64,000 bases of DNA from a virus. Position numbers and translations under genes: made by a program. The stretch spans positions 1 through 64,000 of IMG/VR virus record IMGVR_UViG_3300021594_000641; one strand, given 5' to 3'. The notes below the pieces were generated by a model, which searched no databases, had not been told where the DNA came from, and saw only the letters and a list, made by a program, of their open reading frames with translations. Below, in pieces: positions 54,442-64,000 of the stretch; the stretch's first letter is position 1; each line of letters starts with the position of its first letter.

Positions 54442-56066
54442 ACCGTATCATAAAGCGGATTGGAATCAAAAACTAGATCCGTGTCGTTATTCTCTGATTC
54501 TGTCCTTACGCTACTTAAAGAAAATGAAGTCATTGCCGTAGCTGAAGTTGAATCAAGGATAAGATTCACTTCATTGACCATACCTAGAAAGTCATTAACG
54601 TTAGTAGTATCGTTTTGTATGCCTCTTGCTCCTGAAGCTTCAATCTTAACTATGGAGCCTGGAGATATATCCATTCTAAACTTTCCAGAAAAGGTGCCGG
54701 CTCTAAATTTAAGAACTTCATTGCCATAAGACAGTTTGGCGAACCTAGCGGCTGTAGACTCTATAGCTTGTAGGTTATTTTTTATTCCATCGTTATTTAT
54801 TTCAGGAGCAGACCCGTCTATTCTAACTTGACCAGGTCCTTGTTTAGTTGCTTCAGCTGGATCTACTATGTTGTCTAGCCAAGTAGGTCTCTTGTGTATT
54901 ACGAAAGTTCCTGTTCCCTTATCTGATTTAAAGTGAGCAGCTCCTAATAACCTTTCTCCTAAAAAAGCTCCAGCTTCGCTAACGTGGCTTACTGGCATTA
55001 GCACGCCTCGTATAAGCCTAGGCATTGATGTAGTTATATCAAAGTTAGTTATTTCTGTAGCTTTTACGGTTATAAGAGAATTTTTATAATTTGGAAGTTT
55101 GGGCGTCAGTACAGCTCTAGACACTAGAGGAACTACATTGAACATGAAAGAAGCGCCCGCAGACACCAGTATGTCCCAAAAAGTTTGACCGTCTATTCCG
55201 CCTATGGCTGTTTTCTTTAAAGTGTTTACTATATTTATTTGAATTTGTTGAGACGTAGCAGTTTTTGAAGATAAGCTCAAAGCCACATATCCGTCTTCTC
55301 CTGGCTTTAAAAATCTTTCTACAGCTTTAAGCCCTATGTTGTTTACATCCGTATTAGCGGGAACGGCAAACAACGCGGCTAAGTCAGGAGGTAAGCTGCT
55401 AGTAGCTGTATAAAAGTCGTTTTGACCGATTATTACACTTCCAGCTATTCCATTGAAAAACCTATACAGGCCCTTAGCCCATAAGTCAGAAGGGGTCTCG
55501 CTTATTGAAAAATACTTGTCAGCCCTGTTACTGAGCACTCCAGCGCTTGAAGCTCTTGTTTCACAAGGGAATAAATGAGTGAAAGGAGTTCCAGGCTGTA
55601 GTTCTGGCGTAAGAGCTGTAGAAGCTGTCATGTCAGACAGCCAGTGTTCTAAAGATATAGTGTATTCTACGCTAGCAGAGCCTCTTCTATACCCAGCTCC
55701 AGAAGTATAACCTTCAAAAGCAACAAAATATCCTATGTCAGTTATCTTGTCTTTTGTAACGTCTAAACCAGCTGACTCGTATCCCTTATTCAGTTTTACA
55801 AAAACTTTAGCTTTTTTCTTGTAAGTAAGGTTTTGAAATACCTCATGTATCTTTGCCGTCTTACTGGGGTTCGACATGTCCAAACCCATGGACACGCCGC
55901 ATGACGCTGTAGGTATTCCGTTCAAAGAATAATTAGCCGTAAACCTTATTATGTCTAATTGAACTAAGTTAGGCGCTGGAGCAGCTCCGCCTATGGGATA
56001 GTCAGCCAAGTCTATTTCTAAGTAAGCTTCAAATAGTACTTGTTGAATTGCTTGATTACTTGACAT
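54417..56066 (-). CDS. putative baseplate hub-like protein
   Basis: Position; C-terminal GKFRMDISPGSIVKIE resembles hub/late-D proteins. Confidence 0.45.
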   Translation of the reverse strand: MSSNQAIQQVLFEAYLEIDLADYPIGGAAPAPNLVQLDIIRFTANYSLNGIPTASCGVSMGLDMSNPSKTAKIHEVFQNLTYKKKAKVFVKLNKGYESAGLDVTKDKITDIGYFVAFEGYTSGAGYRRGSASVEYTISLEHWLSDMTASTALTPELQPGTPFTHLFPCETRASSAGVLSNRADKYFSISETPSDLWAKGLYRFFNGIAGSVIIGQNDFYTATSSLPPDLAALFAVPANTDVNNIGLKAVERFLKPGEDGYVALSLSSKTATSQQIQINIVNTLKKTAIGGIDGQTFWDILVSAGASFMFNVVPLVSRAVLTPKLPNYKNSLITVKATEITNFDITTSMPRLIRGVLMPVSHVSEAGAFLGERLLGAAHFKSDKGTGTFVIHKRPTWLDNIVDPAEATKQGPGQVRIDGSAPEINNDGIKNNLQAIESTAARFAKLSYGNEVLKFRAGTFSGKFRMDISPGSIVKIEASGARGIQNDTTNVNDFLGMVNEVNLILDSTSATAMTSFSLSSVRTESENNDTDLVFDSNPLYDTVWSGTSLV

Positions 56067-56941
56067 TATCGTTGCTCTCTTTCTTCTTCAATTTTATAAG
56101 CGAGAGCTAGTGACACGGCAGCAACTCTATTTACGAACGAGTCGTCTTTAAACCATCTGGTTTTAAACTCTTCGTACTCAGGGTATTTTCCAGAGAATAT
56201 GTAATTTAAAGATTCAAGCGGCAGAGCGTCTAAGTTAGCTACGACTGAGGCTATGTTTATTAAAGGTTTTGAAAAAACGTCTAAATTCCAGGTAGTATAA
56301 TCGTACTCTCTTATCTTAACTGTCAAATCTGATTGTCTTAATGGTATAGCTTCAGATAACCCATTTTGAAAAGTTACAGTTCTGTTCTCTTCACTTACAG
56401 GAGCAGTCAAGCATTCTATGGTCATATAGTCAGAAGATTGGTAATACAAACGCCACTTATTTAAAGCTATGCCTTTGCCGTCATTAGGCTTAAAGTTTCC
56501 TGTGATAAATATAGCCAGGTCTTCTTCGTTATTTGCTCGTAAGAAATTTTCTTCGTTAGAGCTAAATACAAATGTGTTTTCTTTCTTTGTGTACGTTCCT
56601 TTTTTAGCCGTATTGTTTTGAATCTTGGTTACTTCTACTGAATCAAAACCCTTTATAAATTCTGACGCCTCGTAAGGGTCGTAAGTTATTCTTGAATCAA
56701 ACTTAGTAACGTGTTGGGAAAGGTCACTGGTATCCAGGCATCTGACTATTTCAAAAAGCCTGTAGTTCAAATAAGCTCTATCCGGTTCTTTTCCAAAAAT
56801 TGTCTGCCAAATGTTCTTACACAGGCCTGACATCTTTGCCGGTCTAAACCCTTCAGGCACGTATTCTTCTAGAGGGAAGTCTTCTCCAAAAGAGTTACTT
56901 CCAGACTGGTTTAACAACAATGTTCTTATGTGGTTTATCAT
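56066..56941 (-). CDS. hypothetical structural protein
   Basis: ORF in the operon. Confidence 0.6.
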   Translation of the reverse strand: MINHIRTLLLNQSGSNSFGEDFPLEEYVPEGFRPAKMSGLCKNIWQTIFGKEPDRAYLNYRLFEIVRCLDTSDLSQHVTKFDSRITYDPYEASEFIKGFDSVEVTKIQNNTAKKGTYTKKENTFVFSSNEENFLRANNEEDLAIFITGNFKPNDGKGIALNKWRLYYQSSDYMTIECLTAPVSEENRTVTFQNGLSEAIPLRQSDLTVKIREYDYTTWNLDVFSKPLINIASVVANLDALPLESLNYIFSGKYPEYEEFKTRWFKDDSFVNRVAAVSLALAYKIEEEREQR

Positions 56942-56950
56942 GTCCGCGCC

Positions 56951-57601
56951 TTAAACCTGATTTGTTGTCTTGTCTTGGATGTAATACATGGTCAGATTGA
57001 ACGACCCAAGCATTTGTCTAGGATCCGTGATGCTTTGATTCAAGCTGCACAAGAAACATTTAAAGACTACGGTTTTGCCTCCTACAGAAGTAAGAGTTAG
57101 CGTGAGAGGATAATTGTAAGTTGAAATTCTGTAGGCTTGGTAGAACTCGTATACCCTATGGAAACCTGTAGTTGCAGCGGCAGTCGCGCTATTAGCGCAA
57201 CCTACTAAAAAGCATATACCGCTAACGCTCATCTGCCCTATTTTTTCACCGAAGGTGTATATGTAGTGCGTATTTCTCAGCGACGGCATGAACTGAACGT
57301 TGCATTCTTCATTTAAGTTTATTCCTGTGACGACAGAGGCCATTGTTCCAAACGCGCCTTCATTGCTAGAAAATACTACGTTGTTGTTTCCTCCTCCTCT
57401 ATCTGCTGTGATCGTTATAGTTAATACTTTGTCTTTTTCAGATACTGATCCTTGCATTACGCTACCTGGAGAACTAATAAATATATCTCCAGAAGGCTGA
57501 GCCTCTAAAAGACCTAGCAAAGTTTCAGCTACTTGTGCTTCTCCAGCAAGTACCTCTTCTATACCTCTTTGATTTATTTGGGCAGCGTCTAGAACAGCCA
57601 T
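56951..57601 (-). CDS. putative tail tube initiator-like protein
   Basis: Follows the tape measure; YIYTFGEKIGQMSVSG beta pattern. Confidence 0.4.
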   Translation of the reverse strand: MAVLDAAQINQRGIEEVLAGEAQVAETLLGLLEAQPSGDIFISSPGSVMQGSVSEKDKVLTITITADRGGGNNNVVFSSNEGAFGTMASVVTGINLNEECNVQFMPSLRNTHYIYTFGEKIGQMSVSGICFLVGCANSATAAATTGFHRVYEFYQAYRISTYNYPLTLTLTSVGGKTVVFKCFLCSLNQSITDPRQMLGSFNLTMYYIQDKTTNQV

Positions 57602-57611
57602 GGCTTTATCC

Positions 57612-60600
57612 TCACATAGCTCCTAGTTGAGCGTTTTCTAGATTTAGAGTTACTACTCCAGTGGATAACGCCAGTGAGCCAGTCAGGCCTCCAGACATTT
57701 GGAATTTTTGAGCAGACGCTGTGGTGGTAGCTGCTTTTTCTTGTTCTTTTAGTTTATTTAAATAATCTGTTCCCACCGACCTTCCTTCCATCTTCAATTT
57801 TATTAACTGATTTTCTTTTCCTCCCAGCTCTTTTAACGCCGACTTCTTTTCTTCGTCGCTGCCTTTTTCTATAGCGTCCAGCTCGGCATCGGATAGCTTG
57901 TCTTTGTCTCCAAAAACTTTGCTAACCAAATAAGCTTCTCTAGCCAACCGGCCTTTTGAAACCGGGTTCAAGTCTGTCCATTCTTTGCTACTTTTATCTA
58001 TATCCTGCAGCAAACTTTTAGCCGCTTTGTTAGACACTTCCTTAGGGTCTGCTTCCATCTCTCGCATCAGATGGTCTATAGCGCTATCTCTTTCTCCTTG
58101 CTTTCTTATTTCTTCAGCTGTGCTGGCTGTTCCCTGGCTCTGCATTTGTCCAACAGCTGACGCCTCTCCTTCGGCAGTTCTAAGCATAGCTTCAGCCGCT
58201 CTTCTTCCTATTTCTCCGCTAGCTTCTCCTAGCCTTGAGTTAGGATCATTTATAGACCTTATCAAATTATTTTGAGCATTAACTAGTTGTTTAATTCCTA
58301 CTCTAGCTTCTTCTTGTTGCTTTTGCGTTAAACTGCTTTTAAACCCAGCTTCTAGAGACTCTACGTTGTAACCTCCCTCTTGAGCTCTCTTTCTTAGCCT
58401 GCTTTCTACGTCTCTATACTTATTTTGTAATTTTTTCCTTTCTTCCAAAGACGCTGGGTCTGTTTTTTCTCTAAGAGCCGCATCGGCTTTAAGTATGTTT
58501 TCACGCTCTGCTAAATCAGCTGCTGCCTCTGCCTTTTGCGCGTCTGTCGCCCCTATTTCTTTTAGTATGTCTCCAATACTTCCTTTCTTTATACCAGACA
58601 AGTTTTTTTCTGCTCTTTCTACTTCAGACACTAAAGGCGCAAAAGCAGCTGTGCCTGCGTCGGTCTTGTTAGCATTTAAATAATCTTTTCCGGTAACGGC
58701 TTTCTCTCGGTCTGAGCCTGTAAATATCTTGGCTATCTTATCCAAAGCGGCTGCAGTCCCTGACAGCCTTTCCTGCGCTTCTTCTCTCTTTGCTTTAGAC
58801 AGAGTAGTTCTAGCGCCCACAGTTCCTTCAGTAAACGATCTAGCCAAAGTGTTTATAAAGTCTACGCTTCCTCCGCTTTTTCTTTGTATTGAAGATATAA
58901 CGTTATTAACTGCAGCTGGGCTTACTGTTGCTGCGTTATCTTCTAGTACAGACAATACTCCTGCATCTACTTTACTTAAAGCTTCTGCAAAATTTGTGCT
59001 AGCTCTTGTTCTTAAATACCTAGAAATATTGTCTATAGATTTTCCTTGAATGTTCTTGGCGTATTCTTCTGGAGATACTCCGTATTTTTTCATTAAACCT
59101 TCGTCTTGAACGTCCTTCAGCTTTCCAGCATCTTGAATTAAATCTGATGTAGAAAACCTGGCTTTTATAGTACCGTCAGCTTCCAAGAACCCTGAGAAGG
59201 CTTGAGTAACGTATTGAAGCTGAGAAGCTGGTATTTCTCCTATGCCTCCTCGAATCAAATCTTTCAGGTTAGCTTTGGGTCCAGCGTTCATCAAAAGGTC
59301 TGCTGCCCTTTGCATAGCAGTTCCGCGACCAAGCCTTGAAAAAGCTTTTTGAACATTAGCTTCAGCGTTTCTTACGCCTTCTTCTGCTCTGATCGCGTCT
59401 GCTGCTCTGGCGTTGTACTGAACTAGGAACGCGTTTCCGCTTTCATACCTGTTGTTTCTTGCAAAAGTGTCTATGTTTAATCTTCCAAGCGCCATTGAAG
59501 ATTTAAATGTGTCTACTTGGTCTTGTTTTATTAAGCCAGCCTTCAATGCCTCATCTGCCAAAAATCCAAAATCTCCTTTGTTATATCTCTGCAGCTGATC
59601 ACTATTCATGTTCATAACTTGCCCAGCGACGAAATCGCTAAGCTGTTTTGACTTTGCAGTTATTGCCTCTGTTTCTTGCTTTGTAGTTCCTTCTCCAAAA
59701 AGTCTATTGGTAAGAATGGCGTTAGCAAGCTGGCTAGATACTCTACCCTGAGCTTCTCTTCCCTGGAACAGGGAAGCTACTTTTCCTCCAATGTTGTATT
59801 TCTCTGTGTATTCTTGAAGACCTTTATCGTTAGCTTTAAAAGCGTTAAATTTTACGATGTTGTTTCCTAGCTTTGATTTTATTTCATCTTCGCTAAGCAT
59901 GACATCTGGGCCTGATGCCGTTTTTAGCTTTTGAACATAAGAAGATAATTCTGGACCGAGATCTATGCCTGCTTCTTGCATGGCTATCAAAGCAGAGTGA
60001 TTCTTGGCAAGATCGCTGCCTGCTGCGGAGGCTTGCGCTCTCATCTCGGTCATTGCCATGTTTTGCTTGGTAGGCATTCCAAAACCTTGGACGCCGCCAA
60101 ATAGTTCTCCTCTTACTGAAGCTCCAGTAGCTGCGGCTATGCCTATTTGAGGAGCCAGGTTTCTGTTCAAACCCATCTGGTCAGTAAGTTGACCGGCGTT
60201 TGCCATGAGCGTAGTCATGGCTTGCATACTCATGCCCGCTCTCTTGGCGGCAAGACCCGCATTCCTTACAAGCATCTCTACTTCTTGAGGAGACTTCGAG
60301 GCTAATCCGTTTTGAGTAAGCAGCTCCAGGGCATTCATCAACTGACCTATTGGAGCGTCCGGTTGACCGGCTTCCCCAAATATGTCTTTCATAGCTGAAA
60401 TAGCCCCAGCCATTCCTTCTAGCTTTTGAGATATTCTTTCAGCTTCAAATCCTTGTACTTTTGTGCTGAACTCAGTACTGGACATCTTAAGCAAATCATC
60501 TACAGACTTTCCTGTAGACGCTGCCATGGCCTGCATGTTTACTCCGCCACCGCCCATCAGTCCTCTTGAAACCATCTCAGAAAACATTGAACCAGCTTGT

Positions 60601-61247
60601 CCAGCGGTTATTCCGCGCATCCTAGACACGTCCGCTGTTTCTCCAAACAGCCTGTCAAATACTTGCTGCTGTATTCCTTTGAAGTTTTCCTTACCCATAC
60701 CCAACATTCCTGAAGTTGGGTCCATGGCAAACCTAGCGCCTTCAGCCATCCTCTGGGCCATGATGACTGCAGAACCTCTTGACCCGTGCAAACGGTCAAA
60801 GAAGTCAGGATCAGCCATGGCAAAAAACGGCATCATTGCCGACAAGTCTCTAGACATTGTCGCAGCGCCGGCTCTTTCTCTGTCTCCAAAGTTAGCGCCT
60901 GTAAGATTGGCCGCGCCTTGAAAAGCTTTTAAATAAGCTCGTTGATCTTGAGCTGCGGCGGCTCGCATAGCTTCTTGCTGCATCGCAAATGCTGCATTGT
61001 TTTGCAGTTGCGTGTGCAAGTTCATTGTTGGATTGAATTGCCCGAACACGCCTCCCTGCATGTTGAACACGCTAGGGATTATGCTCTGAACAGCGCTGTT
61101 GACCATCATTGCCATGGGGCCTTGAATACCAAGGGCTCCGGCAATGTTGAATGTAGGTACGGGCTGTATTGGAGGAGCGGCGAACAGATTTGAGTTCTGG
61201 GCCGCTAATCCGAAAAACCCTTGGTCTAATGGTCCAGGCACATTCAA
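57612..61247 (-). CDS. tape measure-like protein
   Basis: 1211 aa; Ala/Gly/Met/Gln-rich, alpha-helical; downstream of two chaperone-like ORFs. Confidence 0.7.
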   Translation of the reverse strand: MNVPGPLDQGFFGLAAQNSNLFAAPPIQPVPTFNIAGALGIQGPMAMMVNSAVQSIIPSVFNMQGGVFGQFNPTMNLHTQLQNNAAFAMQQEAMRAAAAQDQRAYLKAFQGAANLTGANFGDRERAGAATMSRDLSAMMPFFAMADPDFFDRLHGSRGSAVIMAQRMAEGARFAMDPTSGMLGMGKENFKGIQQQVFDRLFGETADVSRMRGITAGQAGSMFSEMVSRGLMGGGGVNMQAMAASTGKSVDDLLKMSSTEFSTKVQGFEAERISQKLEGMAGAISAMKDIFGEAGQPDAPIGQLMNALELLTQNGLASKSPQEVEMLVRNAGLAAKRAGMSMQAMTTLMANAGQLTDQMGLNRNLAPQIGIAAATGASVRGELFGGVQGFGMPTKQNMAMTEMRAQASAAGSDLAKNHSALIAMQEAGIDLGPELSSYVQKLKTASGPDVMLSEDEIKSKLGNNIVKFNAFKANDKGLQEYTEKYNIGGKVASLFQGREAQGRVSSQLANAILTNRLFGEGTTKQETEAITAKSKQLSDFVAGQVMNMNSDQLQRYNKGDFGFLADEALKAGLIKQDQVDTFKSSMALGRLNIDTFARNNRYESGNAFLVQYNARAADAIRAEEGVRNAEANVQKAFSRLGRGTAMQRAADLLMNAGPKANLKDLIRGGIGEIPASQLQYVTQAFSGFLEADGTIKARFSTSDLIQDAGKLKDVQDEGLMKKYGVSPEEYAKNIQGKSIDNISRYLRTRASTNFAEALSKVDAGVLSVLEDNAATVSPAAVNNVISSIQRKSGGSVDFINTLARSFTEGTVGARTTLSKAKREEAQERLSGTAAALDKIAKIFTGSDREKAVTGKDYLNANKTDAGTAAFAPLVSEVERAEKNLSGIKKGSIGDILKEIGATDAQKAEAAADLAERENILKADAALREKTDPASLEERKKLQNKYRDVESRLRKRAQEGGYNVESLEAGFKSSLTQKQQEEARVGIKQLVNAQNNLIRSINDPNSRLGEASGEIGRRAAEAMLRTAEGEASAVGQMQSQGTASTAEEIRKQGERDSAIDHLMREMEADPKEVSNKAAKSLLQDIDKSSKEWTDLNPVSKGRLAREAYLVSKVFGDKDKLSDAELDAIEKGSDEEKKSALKELGGKENQLIKLKMEGRSVGTDYLNKLKEQEKAATTTASAQKFQMSGGLTGSLALSTGVVTLNLENAQLGAM

Positions 61248-61663
61248 TTACCTCGCGAGTATGCCTGTTTAAGTATTTCCTCTACAGCTGCCTTGAACTT
61301 TGGATCCTCCATTCTTTTCATGCCTTCCTTGTATTGCTCAATCAAACTCAGGTTATTAGGCCTGCTATCACTTTCAATATTCTTTTCTTTCCAAGGCAGA
61401 GTCAATTCTTCAAATAGCTCTATTGCGGCTGTGGAGTTCTCCCAAGCCTTTCCAAACAATTCGGAAGACGAGGTGGAAAGGGCAGCTATGAATCTATGCA
61501 AATATAGCTTGGCCATCTCTGCATTTTTCAAAGCCCTATACTGCTTCGATATAAGAAGCAGCCTTGCGTCCCATTTGCGATCAAATAGCCTTGTTTTCGA
61601 GAAGTCGATAACTCCTTCGGTTGCAAGGCTAACCAAAAGAGAGGCTATCCGATCGCTTTCCAA
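61244..61663 (-). CDS. putative tail assembly chaperone (distal)
   Basis: Position immediately before the tape measure. Confidence 0.4.
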   Translation of the reverse strand: MESDRIASLLVSLATEGVIDFSKTRLFDRKWDARLLLISKQYRALKNAEMAKLYLHRFIAALSTSSSELFGKAWENSTAAIELFEELTLPWKEKNIESDSRPNNLSLIEQYKEGMKRMEDPKFKAAVEEILKQAYSRGN

Positions 61664-62706
61664 AAATCCCGTGATTCCGCCATAGTCTGCAGTTTATCAC
61701 ATAGGGACTGGAACTCGGTATAGAGATGACTAATTGTGTTACGCATAACTTCGTTAGGCATTATCTGACTAACTAAGTCATCAAATAACGGAAACAACTT
61801 AGTATCCGGAATTTTATAAGAGTCTTCTGGAACGTCTATTTCGTCTATAGTTGGTACTTCAATGATATCTTTTTCTGTCTCTATCCTTTCAACAGCCATT
61901 ACGCATCTGTAAGACATCAGCGTTCTCCAGTAGAAGCTGGTGTCTCCAATAATCTTAGATTGAACGTCTTTTTGCGCGTCTACCACTAGCTGCTTGTAAG
62001 CCAGGTCTGACTCTTTGGTAGTCAAAGACCTAAAGGTGACGATCATCCTTCCGCCAAAGATGCTGTATTTCTTTTTAAATCTGACATCGCCCAAAAGGCA
62101 TTGGACAAAATTTACTTTGTCTTCTTCGTTTATTTCAACTAAGTCTTCTTTGGCCAGGTCCCAACCGCAATGCGGACAGGCCTTTGGTTCTTGTTTTGTT
62201 ATTCCTGACTCAGACTTATTTTCGTCTACAGGCGGAGCTGGCTCTTCTACAGGAACAGCCGGAGCAGCCTTTGCCGCTTCTACAGCCTGAGGCTCTGGTA
62301 AGTCGTCTACTACAAACGTATCGTTTATTGTTTCTTTAAAGTTAGCGGAGTCTAAAGCTGCTGCCGGGTTCTTAGCTGCGTTTAAAACTTCTGTTACTTT
62401 TTTACGTTGCTCCTCCGACAGCTGGCTAATGTCAACTGGCTCTGGAAGTTTCATGTTCTGTCTTGGAACTTGAGGCAAAGCTTCAGGAACAGCTTCGCTT
62501 ATTCTCTGAGCTATGTTTGCCGGAAGAGTAGAAGGGTCTGCAACTACTCCGAGCTTCATCAGCCCGTCTCTTTCCATTTCAGTCAGAACTGTACCTGGAG
62601 GCATACTTCCTGGCGAGTCAGGAAGCTGGCTTATCGTAGGTTTGGCTGGTGGAGGAACTGGAGGAAGTTTTTTAAAAGATCCAACCCGTTTGATCGGTTT
62701 ATCCAT
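61645..62706 (-). CDS. putative tail assembly chaperone with a Pro-rich N-terminus
   Basis: CPHCG knuckle; GGRMIVTFRSLT..E...DFWK pattern. Confidence 0.45.
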   Translation of the reverse strand: MDKPIKRVGSFKKLPPVPPPAKPTISQLPDSPGSMPPGTVLTEMERDGLMKLGVVADPSTLPANIAQRISEAVPEALPQVPRQNMKLPEPVDISQLSEEQRKKVTEVLNAAKNPAAALDSANFKETINDTFVVDDLPEPQAVEAAKAAPAVPVEEPAPPVDENKSESGITKQEPKACPHCGWDLAKEDLVEINEEDKVNFVQCLLGDVRFKKKYSIFGGRMIVTFRSLTTKESDLAYKQLVVDAQKDVQSKIIGDTSFYWRTLMSYRCVMAVERIETEKDIIEVPTIDEIDVPEDSYKIPDTKLFPLFDDLVSQIMPNEVMRNTISHLYTEFQSLCDKLQTMAESRDFWKAIG

Positions 62707-62716
62707 GATCGCCCTT

Positions 62717-64000
62717 TCACTGAATCACTGGGTAGTTTCCGTTTGGAGACTCTGGACTTTCTTCTTCTATCGTAGCAGACGCGTATTCTTCTCCAGGCTT
62801 CTTTGCCATAAAGCCGTTAGATCCTTGTGCAGTGTACAGTTTGCTATTTAATTTTCTATAGCTAGTTCCAAGCCAAGCGTCTCTTCCTGGATACGGATAA
62901 GTCTCGTTTGAGTTTGTTACTACAGGCTTTTCTTTCCACTTATACGCTGTAAGCCCTGAAGCCCTAGCTCTTTGCGCCCATCGGCTCTCGAACAGCATGA
63001 ACCCTTCTGCTTCGCATTGCTTTGTTGTTCTAAAAGAAAAACCTGCTCCTTCAGCTACGCCTATTCCCTTATAAACTCCGTCAGCAAAATGATTTGAAAA
63101 GTTTTGAATCTTTTCTTCTTTTAAACCAGCGCCTAGATTCGATATGTCGTCCGCGTATTGATTTAAGATGTCCTTACCTTTCTGGTCTATTTCCCCGACA
63201 TATTGAGTTCCGGCAGTAGTAGCTATATGACCATTATTTATTTGAACTGAGCTCTGAAATACGCCGCCTCCCAAAAAGTCTCCTCTGCCTGTCACGTACA
63301 GGCCTCCAGAGATGTATGTGTTGTAAGCTGTGTACTGGTTAGTGGCTATCAGTTGATCTCCAGGACCAAAGTTGTCTGATATGTAAGAAGAAACATAATT
63401 GTTTATAGCTTGGCAGCTGGTAGTTATTGAGTTTGACGCTTCAAACGTCATTTTCCCGTTTCCGACAGTGCCAGCTCCTGACTTTATGTAAACTTCTCCG
63501 GCAAACACAGCAGCTTGATTTGCTGACTTTATTATCACACCATTTGATACGGTATCCGTGCCTATTTGCCCAAAGTCTTGAGTATCTCCTTCTCCTCGGC
63601 TTTCCAGAAGAAGTCCGCCTGTCTTTGAGTTTCCAGCTAGAAGCTGCATGTTCTTTTCAGCTTTTAGCCTAACATCGTTTTCTGAAGCGGATATTTCTAC
63701 AGACTTCCTTGCCCTTACTACAGTGTCTTTTCCAGTCAGAGCCACTAGGTTTCTTCCAGGCCTTAGCTGTATATCCCCAGGACAGCTTATTTCTATACTG
63801 CCTCCTCCCATTCTTATTTCTTCGCCGCCAGGGCCTGCAATAACTACAGTACCGTCCCTAAGTATCGATATAAAACTTAAAGACGGATGGTAGTTTGCTG
63901 AAAACCTGTGGTCTACATCTTTTTCTTTAGCCTCTGGCCTAGGCAAGTAATGATTAGAAGAAAGGTTGGATATAGCGACAGCACTTTCTTTCTCCGGGTC
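62717..64000 (-). CDS. baseplate spike (gp5/VgrG-like) C-terminal region, partial
   Basis: Beta-helix-like GEEIRMGGGSIEISCPGDIQLRPGRN...VEISA; the frame is open to the window edge. Confidence 0.55.
   Translation of the reverse strand, partial: DPEKESAVAISNLSSNHYLPRPEAKEKDVDHRFSANYHPSLSFISILRDGTVVIAGPGGEEIRMGGGSIEISCPGDIQLRPGRNLVALTGKDTVVRARKSVEISASENDVRLKAEKNMQLLAGNSKTGGLLLESRGEGDTQDFGQIGTDTVSNGVIIKSANQAAVFAGEVYIKSGAGTVGNGKMTFEASNSITTSCQAINNYVSSYISDNFGPGDQLIATNQYTAYNTYISGGLYVTGRGDFLGGGVFQSSVQINNGHIATTAGTQYVGEIDQKGKDILNQYADDISNLGAGLKEEKIQNFSNHFADGVYKGIGVAEGAGFSFRTTKQCEAEGFMLFESRWAQRARASGLTAYKWKEKPVVTNSNETYPYPGRDAWLGTSYRKLNSKLYTAQGSNGFMAKKPGEEYASATIEEESPESPNGNYPVIQ

Overview
64-kb fragment of a large (jumbo-type) tailed phage genome with a probable contractile tail. 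The host is possibly a Planctomycete; this is inferred from protein types only. Almost all genes are on the minus strand; only terL (18138-20006) and 23100-24251 are on the plus strand. The left half (1-31 kb) is accessory/early material: UV-repair enzymes, tRNAs, a deaminase, a GNAT, a Ycf46-type AAA cluster and a primase-like ORF. The right half (31-64 kb) is a glycosyltransferase followed by tail-fibre, baseplate and tape-measure-like genes, with an HNH gene, an S8 protease and a sigma factor embedded. The main finding is a candidate compact RNA-guided system with three parts. (i) A 417-aa Cas12f/TnpB-like protein that lacks the second and third RuvC catalytic residues and the Zn ribbon, so it is predicted nuclease-dead. 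(ii) Three dispersed CRISPR mini-arrays sharing a 29-bp repeat, with no cas1/cas2/Cascade/cas6 recognisable in the window. (iii) A near-identical 62-63-nt structured leader on each array. It carries a split anti-repeat and joins the first repeat through a UUAG tetraloop, like a natural tracrRNA-crRNA fusion. A fourth, array-less RNA starts with the same motif and has a similar fold. Family calls are from motif recognition by eye and RNA folds are hand-derived; no searches were run. The link between the protein and the arrays is inference.
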